Positions 27,752 to 34,471 of a stretch of DNA of 46,930 nt are shown here, in pieces. The notes below the pieces were generated by a model. That model was not told where the DNA came from. It saw only the letters and a program-made list of their open reading frames with translations, and ran no database searches. The DNA is taken from the NCBI GenBank assembly GCA_003552665.1, contig PUNW01000392.1, forward strand, positions 1 through 46,930, in the 5' to 3' direction. A program made the position numbers and the translations under genes. The DNA comes from Spirochaetaceae bacterium. Lineage in GTDB: Bacteria > Spirochaetota > Spirochaetia > DSM-27196 > SLAA01. Position 1 is the first letter of the stretch, and each line of letters opens with the position of its first letter.

Positions 27752-28477
27752 TCACCTCCACCGTCTTCGCCACGCTGCGTACGCGGTTGCGGCAGCGCTG
27801 ATAATCGCCACCAGCAGCGCCGCTATAGCAAGAAATCGAATGCCCGCGAGGCGATCTTCCAGCGCGGCAGCGGTTCCCTGCGCCGATTCCGCGGTGCTCA
27901 GCGCGCCGCGAACGGCATCCTCAACCTCGCGCGCTTCCGCCAGACGTTCGGGAAAATGGATCTCGCCCGAAGACACCACATCGTCGAAACCGCCGCCCAG
28001 CGAATACGAGACAAAGGTCTCGTCGAGATCCATCCCTTCAACACTGCCGAAGAACCGGAATTCGTACGCACCCGGACGCGTGGGAATCAGGTCCGCGGTG
28101 TAGTGTCCCGGTTGTCCCCACACGTCACGCAGGTCGAAAACCTCCGATGTTCCCGACTGGTCATGCGTTACTTCAACCTGCATGGTTTCCTGCAGCCCTT
28201 CGACCCCCGCTGCGGTATCGTCATGTCCGTTGTTGTGTCCGGCGTTGTGGCCATGCCCGTGACCATTCTCATCCCCACTGGTGACCCGGAAGTCTATCCC
28301 GTTCTTGTATCCTTCGTATGCAGGTTCCTCCATCCAGCCCACAAGCAGCTCGTACTCGCCGACCTGCCGACTCTCATGGGCACACACTCCTCCTACGGAT
28401 GCACCCAGCATAAGCACGACAAGCGCCGGCATGAGCGGTCCACGGCTGAGCGGCTTTTTCAGTGACGGAACTCTCAT
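27752..28477 (-). CDS. Exported His-rich protein with a C-terminal membrane anchor (putative copper-binding)
   Basis: The start is at ATG 28477 with a GAGGAGG SD. The signal peptide ends ...GGVCA/HES, predicting a mature N-terminal His. A GHGHGHNAGHNNGHDD tract and a C-terminal TM (FLAIAALLVAIISAAATAYAAW) are present. No family is recognised. Confidence 0.6.
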   Translation of the reverse strand: MRVPSLKKPLSRGPLMPALVVLMLGASVGGVCAHESRQVGEYELLVGWMEEPAYEGYKNGIDFRVTSGDENGHGHGHNAGHNNGHDDTAAGVEGLQETMQVEVTHDQSGTSEVFDLRDVWGQPGHYTADLIPTRPGAYEFRFFGSVEGMDLDETFVSYSLGGGFDDVVSSGEIHFPERLAEAREVEDAVRGALSTAESAQGTAAALEDRLAGIRFLAIAALLVAIISAAATAYAAWRRRWR

Positions 28478-28500
28478 GAGTCGCCTCCTCGTTCGGCGCC

Positions 28501-28722
28501 TTACCCGGCGGCCTGATGGTGCTCGGCCTCGGAACCGGTTTGCTCCTCCTCGTCGTCCCTGAATGCAACCAACGCGTGCACGAAGTACAGGACCAACATG
28601 AGGACGACGATCGTGTAGCCGATAATCCTCAGCAGGAAGATCTCGGCCACAAGCCACGCGACCGCCTGTATGCCGAGTATGAGATACGCAAAGGCATGCC
28701 AGTTTTTCGTAAATACATTCAT
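28501..28722 (-). CDS. Small 2-TM membrane protein (73 aa), possible accessory oxidase subunit
   Basis: The internal ATG 28722 has an AGAGGTG SD. The sequence is MNVFTKNWHAFAYLILGIQAVAWLVAEIFLLRIIGYTIVVLMLVLYFVHALVAF plus an acidic tail. The tracked 361-aa ORF upstream of this point is an out-of-frame overlap with the oxidase gene. Confidence 0.5.
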   Translation of the reverse strand: MNVFTKNWHAFAYLILGIQAVAWLVAEIFLLRIIGYTIVVLMLVLYFVHALVAFRDDEEEQTGSEAEHHQAAG

Positions 28723-28742
28723 ATCTGCACCTCTTCTCAGCC

Positions 28743-30401
28743 TCAGCCGATGATCGGAAAGAATCGCAGGATAAGCAGCGAGATCAGCGCGATTCCCCAG
28801 ATCATGAGAACGACCAGTATCCCCGGTACCTGGGCGGCTGTGTACGCCCACTGACTGAGCGGACGAAACCTCCGCACCACGTCCGGCGCGCCGTAGGTTG
28901 TGCCTTTGAACGCGAGCTTCTCGTCTTCCACCGGCTCGCCTTTCAGCGCGGTCATGACCATTACGGTCATGAAGGACACGCCCCCGATAACGGTTATCAG
29001 CATGCCGATGCCGGCAAGGTTCATCCATGGTATCCACGGAGGCATCCCGGCGCCTGCATACGGAGCCATAATATCTGCGAACCGTCGCGGCAGACCGTAG
29101 TATCCGGATACTATGCCTCCCAAACCATAGAACACCATCCCGCCCGCGAACAGGTACGGTGTCGCCAACGCCAGCTTCGGATTCCAGAGCTTGCGCTTTG
29201 TGGCCAGAGGTACCAGGTAATGGGCGATGGCAAAAAAGGCCATCAGGACGGCTCCCGCTACCGGATGGAAATAGCCGGGTACTGCGAAGGAATGGCTCAA
29301 CCACTCGGCGATTCCGGCCGCGATCAGCGATCCGCCGGCCAGAGCGCCGGGTATGGCCATTATGATGAATCCGCAGATGATCCAGGCGAAATCGGGGCTC
29401 CCCCAGGGAAGATTCCTCAGCCACCCGCCTTTCTTGTTGGGATTGCTCTTCAGGACGATGATCCAGGCGGCGAGCCAGGTCGAGAACAGGATGATCGGCG
29501 GGACGTCGACGAGCAGCGCCAACACCGAGCCCGCTGCGCGTTCGGCCGGGGGGATCGCCGGGTCGAGCAGAAAGTGATAGAACCACGTCGGCGGTACGAG
29601 GAACATGTAGGCGCCCCAGACGGTGCGCAAGTACTTCTCACCGCTCGTAGTCGGTGCGTTCCACTGGTAGGCGACGATGAAGGCGGCGATATACATGGCC
29701 ACCAGCGGCACATAGTGAATGATGTGAAAGTAGAAGTGAAACGCGTGGTCCCAGTCGCCGGTGGCTACCGGATCGGCAATGCCGATAAGCGGCCCGAGAC
29801 CGAGGTACATCGTATACAGCACCGCGACGTAGCCGAACAGCCCGAGCACGGCAACAACGCCGGTCGCGAACGCCAGGTGGTTGATATTGCGCCTCGGTCG
29901 TTTGCGCACCGCTGTGGTAAGGTACTGCCCGTAGATGATCAACGAGCCGATCGAAAGAATCGTATATGACAGATGCTGAACCCAGGTGTACTCAAAAGGC
30001 GAGGTAACTGGGTTCGCCATGTAGGTGGTATCGGCGCCCAGCAGGAACGCGATTATGCTCAGTAGCAAGCTGATCGCAATTAGCCAGAAAGCCACCCACC
30101 CGAGCTTGGTCCCACCGGCAAGCTTGGTGTTTGTTTCCAGCAGCCCCAAGCCGAACCCCAGCACCAGCAGGATTGAAAACAGTCCCATGCCGTAGAAGAA
30201 GATGAGCGTCGCGTGCCCGGTCATGAAGCTGTAGAACTGGTCCTGCAGCACACCGCCGAGTGCCGGGATTCGGCTGGCGGCGGCGAAGATCGCGAGCAGG
30301 CCGCCGAGGCCGATTACCAACAGCTGCATATACAGGAAAGCTTTGACCAGTTTGCGGTCCTCAGGGTCAACCCTCTCCCAAAGCTCCTGAACAAACGTCA
30401 T
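28743..30401 (-). CDS. Heme-copper oxidase superfamily subunit I, B-family (ba3)-like, with atypical ligand set
   Basis: 552 aa with about 13 TM helices. It shows colinear blocks against Thermus ba3 CbaA as I recall that sequence. These are TGHATLIFF, FYFHIIHYVPL, WFYHFLLDPAIP, GWLRNLPWGSPDF, VPGYFHPV and GLPRR. A 4-nt overlap joins it to the upstream CuA subunit gene. Confidence 0.85.
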   Translation of the reverse strand: MTFVQELWERVDPEDRKLVKAFLYMQLLVIGLGGLLAIFAAASRIPALGGVLQDQFYSFMTGHATLIFFYGMGLFSILLVLGFGLGLLETNTKLAGGTKLGWVAFWLIAISLLLSIIAFLLGADTTYMANPVTSPFEYTWVQHLSYTILSIGSLIIYGQYLTTAVRKRPRRNINHLAFATGVVAVLGLFGYVAVLYTMYLGLGPLIGIADPVATGDWDHAFHFYFHIIHYVPLVAMYIAAFIVAYQWNAPTTSGEKYLRTVWGAYMFLVPPTWFYHFLLDPAIPPAERAAGSVLALLVDVPPIILFSTWLAAWIIVLKSNPNKKGGWLRNLPWGSPDFAWIICGFIIMAIPGALAGGSLIAAGIAEWLSHSFAVPGYFHPVAGAVLMAFFAIAHYLVPLATKRKLWNPKLALATPYLFAGGMVFYGLGGIVSGYYGLPRRFADIMAPYAGAGMPPWIPWMNLAGIGMLITVIGGVSFMTVMVMTALKGEPVEDEKLAFKGTTYGAPDVVRRFRPLSQWAYTAAQVPGILVVLMIWGIALISLLILRFFPIIG

Positions 30402-30988
30402 ACGTCCTCCCCCTCGTCCTCGTCATCGGCTGCTGCAGCGACTGCCACTTCCGACAAATCCTCCACAACCTTGATCTCCATCGTCATCTCATGGTGCCCG
30501 ATCCCGCAAAAGATGTCGCACACGGCGGTGTAGGTTCCCGGCTCCGTGAACTCGATCAGGAAATGCCCTCCGTGACCCGGCGAGATCGCCCAGGTTCGCG
30601 AGCCTCCCTGCGGTAACTGGAAGCGAATCCCATGACTCACGTCGGTGCTGGCGGCCTGGACAAAGTACTGTTTCCCCGCTTCCAGAACGACACGATCGGG
30701 AACAAAGCGGAAGGACTCTGCAATCAGCGGCAGATGAAACTGGTCAGCGATGTAGTAACCGTCCTCGTCCTGATCAGCAGTATCCATCCATGCTTCAACC
30801 ATATCCCTGCTCACGGCGGCATCGATGCCGTCGGATCTTACAGCGTCGGCGGTATCGATATGTGCCCCACCGGCTTCGGGAACCAATGCCCCGAACGCCG
30901 CCCATATCAAGGCGCACAATAGGGTTGCCATGCCGGAGCTCACCGAGATGACCTGCTGTCGTGTCCCGGTTTGAAATCTTCTGAACAT
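30398..30988 (-). CDS. Oxidase subunit II with CuA-type cupredoxin domain
   Basis: It has one N-terminal TM. DVSHGIRF (His119) and CDIFCGIGHHEM (C157-x3-C161-x3-H165-x2-M168) fit the CuA pattern H...C-x3-C-x3-H-x2-M. The tail is acidic. An AAGGAGGAG SD precedes it. Confidence 0.8.
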   Translation of the reverse strand: MFRRFQTGTRQQVISVSSGMATLLCALIWAAFGALVPEAGGAHIDTADAVRSDGIDAAVSRDMVEAWMDTADQDEDGYYIADQFHLPLIAESFRFVPDRVVLEAGKQYFVQAASTDVSHGIRFQLPQGGSRTWAISPGHGGHFLIEFTEPGTYTAVCDIFCGIGHHEMTMEIKVVEDLSEVAVAAAADDEDEGEDV

Positions 30989-31069
30989 CTGACTCCTCCT
31001 TTGACCGGGTTCCTGCCGGTCTTGATCCGAACGCCTGCCTGCGCGCCGTCATAATTCGGGCGATGCGCG

Positions 31070-32713
31070 TCAATGGTGCGCAGGCGGCCCGTCGGCGCCG
31101 GGGACGTTCCCATCGGCATCCGGTACGTCCAGCCACGCCATCATCCCGGCCTCCATGTGCTCCGGAATGTGACAGTGGATCATCCACCGGCCGGGTTGTT
31201 CGACTTCAACCAGAATGTCCCAGGTCTCGCCCACCGGTACGGTAACGGTGTCCTTCCATGCCAGATTGTCGTTGGGAACGCGGTCCTTGGTGATCACGGC
31301 GAAGCGCTGGCCGTGCAGGTGAATGGGGTGGTGCATCGGGTGATCGGAGTCGGCACGATTGTGTATACGGATGACTATCTCGTCACCGGGCTCGGCCCGC
31401 ATTTCGATATCCAGATTCTCCAGCGCCTGGTCGGGCTCCCGCAGTATCCAACGGATATCCTCGGTCGTGCTCATCGCGTTATGCGCTACGTGGTCGTCGT
31501 GCCACTCGATGCCGTCGATCAGGGCAATCTGGTAGAGCGGACCTCCCATCATCCGCATATGCGCGCCATGGACATCCCAGTCCATCCAGATATCGAGGTC
31601 GAGGGTGTAGTCTGGATCCCGACCGCGTGCGGCGGCCAGTCGCTCGCTGTCGACGAGCTCACGCTCTTCCGGCCAGGATGCCTCCCAGCGCGCTTCGTCA
31701 ACATCGCCGGGTGAAACATCAACCCTTGAGAGCACGCGGCGGCCGAGCGGCGCATCGTGCAGCACCCTGACTTCGCCGGATTCGGTATAGAATACGTCGA
31801 CGCTGAAACGTTCGGCAGGGCCGACCATGACCGAGTCGACTTCCTCGGCTCGTTCGTAGGTGCTCAAATCGCTTGCAACCAGCCGCGTGGGCATGCCCTC
31901 GAACCTCACCTTGTAGGGTCGGGCGCTGGCGACGTTGAGGATGTGATAGCGTACGATCTCGCCCGCCTCGGCTTCGAAGCGGTAGTCCTTCTCGCCGTTG
32001 ACGACCACAGTTCCCCCGAAGCGCCCCATCATCGCCATGTTGGTATGCTCGTGCCCGTACGGGAAGATCCTGCGCTCGCCGGTGCCGTAAGCCATGTCCT
32101 CTTCGAAGACGATGTCGTTGATGATGATCGCTTCTTCGCGATCGTAGGAATCATTGCCGCCGGAGTAGTGTCCTTCCTCCGGGTCGTAGACGATAATCAT
32201 CCCGTACAGGCCGAGATCCTGCTGGCGGTCTTCGCGGATATGCGGGTGATACCAGAAGACGCCTTCGTCCGGGAAGGTTACCTGGTACTCAAAGGTCTCA
32301 CCCGGCTCCACCGGATCCTGGGATACGCCGGCGACCCCGTCGAAGCGAATGTCGTGTCGCAGGCCGTGCCAGTGGATGGTAGTCGGTTCGTTCAGATTGT
32401 TCGTGAAAGGGACGGTGATCTCGGCACCGACCGGGACACGGAGTACAGGGCCGGGTATCGACCCGTTGTAGGCGTACGCGCCGGGGATCATTGTCCCCGC
32501 ACCATCGTAGTTCACCGGATCGGCGCTGATCGCGTATTCGTCGCCGTCTGCAAGATCGACGATCTCAACGTCCGTACGCGCCATCTCATCTGTCTCAATG
32601 ATATCGCGTTCCGGCACGATCTCGGGCTGAGGTGCCCCGAGCAGCACGCTCACCTGAGAGCCGGGTAGGAAGGCAATGACACCGAGAAGAAGCCAGATCG
32701 TCCGTAATCTCAT
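31070..32713 (-). CDS. Multicopper oxidase (three-domain, CueO/laccase-like)
   Basis: Four MCO copper motifs are present: HWHG, WYHPH, HPIHLHG and HCHIPEHMEAGMM. The start is set at ATG 32713 (MRLRTIWLLLGVIAF, GGGAGGA SD). Confidence 0.9.
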   Translation of the reverse strand: MRLRTIWLLLGVIAFLPGSQVSVLLGAPQPEIVPERDIIETDEMARTDVEIVDLADGDEYAISADPVNYDGAGTMIPGAYAYNGSIPGPVLRVPVGAEITVPFTNNLNEPTTIHWHGLRHDIRFDGVAGVSQDPVEPGETFEYQVTFPDEGVFWYHPHIREDRQQDLGLYGMIIVYDPEEGHYSGGNDSYDREEAIIINDIVFEEDMAYGTGERRIFPYGHEHTNMAMMGRFGGTVVVNGEKDYRFEAEAGEIVRYHILNVASARPYKVRFEGMPTRLVASDLSTYERAEEVDSVMVGPAERFSVDVFYTESGEVRVLHDAPLGRRVLSRVDVSPGDVDEARWEASWPEERELVDSERLAAARGRDPDYTLDLDIWMDWDVHGAHMRMMGGPLYQIALIDGIEWHDDHVAHNAMSTTEDIRWILREPDQALENLDIEMRAEPGDEIVIRIHNRADSDHPMHHPIHLHGQRFAVITKDRVPNDNLAWKDTVTVPVGETWDILVEVEQPGRWMIHCHIPEHMEAGMMAWLDVPDADGNVPGADGPPAHH

Positions 32714-32822
32714 CTTACGTCCTCCCTGAAGCCGTCCGGCTCGTTCGGGACGAACGGCCTCGAATCGATCCTTAATCTTCCCTGTTGCGCGTTGTCTCTG
32801 GTAAGGCTTTGGGGTAGCTTTT

Positions 32823-32852
32823 ATTATAAAAACAGTCAACAATTTCAGTCAA
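32823..32852 (-). promoter_or_regulatory. Near-consensus sigma70-type promoter of the MCO/oxidase operon, overlapping a conserved 21-bp element
   Basis: The minus strand reads TTGACT (32852-32847), an 18-nt spacer, then TATAAT (32828-32823). The block 32823-32843 recurs, 20/21 identical, at 40570-40590. Confidence 0.5.
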
Positions 32853-32908
32853 GGAATAAATGGCCGTTTGGAGACATCCTCACCGAAGGAGGATGATGGG
32901 GGAGTGTT

Positions 32909-33556
32909 ATGGTAAAAAGAAGCGTATCAATTCTCGCGATCGTGCTGGCGGGAGCGGCGCTTGCCGCCTGCGAAGAGGCCGATGCGGAGCCGGAGGCGGA
33001 CGTCACTGCCTATGTTCTTGCATACCACTGGGGCTTCGCGCTGTTTGATGAAGAGGGACGGGAGCTCGAGAAGTTGGAGGTCCCGCAGGGCAGTACGGTC
33101 GCACTCGTAGCGGTGAACGACCACGCGTTTGATGCCATCAACGAGCTGCCGCAGCCGGTGGCGAATGCAATGCTACAGCTCGATCTGCATGCGCGTGTGC
33201 GGGAGGACATCGAGCAGGGCCTGATCCGGGATCCGGCCGAGTATGGAATGTCGCTCGAGCGTGAGCTCGCGCAGGTGGAAGAGGACGCGGACGACGATCT
33301 GCACCACGACCACGATCACGGCGAGCATGCACATTACCTCGGCGAGGGGCACGAGTACGCGCACAGAGACACCTACATGGATCACGGGCTTCGAATCCCA
33401 GGCTACGACGTCGAGATCGAGAGAATCCCATTCGACGCGCCTCTGCCGAACTTGACGGTCTTCGATGCCGACCGCGAGGGCACGTTTCAGTTCGAGTGCA
33501 CCCAGAGCTGCGGATTCGGGCATCCGCACCCACGAGAAATGCTCGCGGTGCGGTGA
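32909..33556 (+). CDS. Lipoprotein with cupredoxin-like domain carrying a His/Asp-rich insert
   Basis: It has a lipobox (LAGAALAA-C21). Cupredoxin-like strands surround a DDDLHHDHDHGEHAHYLGEGHEYAHRD insert. The C-terminus has CTQSCGFGHPHPREM (C-x3-C-x3-H...M). A GGGGGAG SD precedes it. Confidence 0.6.
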   Translation: MVKRSVSILAIVLAGAALAACEEADAEPEADVTAYVLAYHWGFALFDEEGRELEKLEVPQGSTVALVAVNDHAFDAINELPQPVANAMLQLDLHARVREDIEQGLIRDPAEYGMSLERELAQVEEDADDDLHHDHDHGEHAHYLGEGHEYAHRDTYMDHGLRIPGYDVEIERIPFDAPLPNLTVFDADREGTFQFECTQSCGFGHPHPREMLAVR

Positions 33557-33602
33557 GAGTTTCAGCCCAACTATGGCCCTACCGGGCCGAAGGAGAACGT
33601 AT

Positions 33603-34460
33603 ATGCCATCTCGAGCAACAAAAGCACTCGCAGTCACGATTGCCGCGCCTTTGATTGTGGGGATAGCGGTGTTCGCGGGAATCCGGCTCGCACGCGTGGT
33701 GGAGCGTGCCGAACAGGGCGAACGCGGCGACGAGCTCGAACAGGTTCAGACCGAGGAGGGACAGCTTGCGCTTCAGGAGCCGCTTCAGCACGGCTTCGCC
33801 GAAGAAATCGATCCGCCGGAGCGCGCTGCCGAGTTCACACTGCAGGACCAGTCGGGTGAGACAATAACATTCAGCGAGGACGCCGGCGACGGGGTTGTGG
33901 TGCTCGGCTTCTGGTTGACCCGCTGCACGCATGGCTGCCCGATCAACGCGTACACGGTGGCGCGGCTGCAACAGCTGCTCGAGGACCGGCAGCCGGAGAT
34001 AGCTTCAGACGTCACGTATCTCGCGGTGAGCATAGATCCGGAGCACGACACCCTCGCGGAACGCCGCGAGTTCGTAGACGAGTACCTCGCGGAGTACGGA
34101 GGAGCGGTCCGCTTCCTCGGCGGTGACCGCGAGGAACTCGAGCCGGTCTGGGACGATTATGCGGTATACGTGGAGACCCGCTCTACCGCTGCCGAGCTCG
34201 AGCGCCTGGAAATGACCGAACAGCAGCTTCTTCAACAGACTGAACAGGAAATGCATGGCGGCCATCATGCGGCGGTGCCCGAGGCGGTCCGGCAGGGCGT
34301 GATCGAGGCCGTTGAGCGTGCCGTTGCCGACGATCATCTGGTGGTTCACAACGATGTGATCTACCTGATCAAGGACGGGCAGTTGCGCTACCGCCTGCTC
34401 GGTCACGACATCGATGCGGAAATCGTCGCGGAGAAAATAGCGCGCCTCGCCGGCGGCTGA
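33603..34460 (+). CDS. SCO1/SenC-family copper chaperone / thiol-disulfide oxidoreductase
   Basis: The start is at ATG 33603 (AAGGAGAA SD). It has an N-terminal TM, a thioredoxin-fold CTHGCP (CxxxC) and the downstream conserved His in VVHNDVIYLI. Confidence 0.8.
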   Translation: MPSRATKALAVTIAAPLIVGIAVFAGIRLARVVERAEQGERGDELEQVQTEEGQLALQEPLQHGFAEEIDPPERAAEFTLQDQSGETITFSEDAGDGVVVLGFWLTRCTHGCPINAYTVARLQQLLEDRQPEIASDVTYLAVSIDPEHDTLAERREFVDEYLAEYGGAVRFLGGDREELEPVWDDYAVYVETRSTAAELERLEMTEQQLLQQTEQEMHGGHHAAVPEAVRQGVIEAVERAVADDHLVVHNDVIYLIKDGQLRYRLLGHDIDAEIVAEKIARLAGG

Positions 34461-34471
34461 AACCACACGGG

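Noticed and set aside
28723-29586. Upstream 288 codons of the tracked 361-aa ORF 28501-29586
   Set aside because: This part is out of frame inside the oxidase subunit I gene and is Arg-rich nonsense. Only the last 73 codons, downstream of the subunit I stop, look like a real small membrane protein with its own SD.
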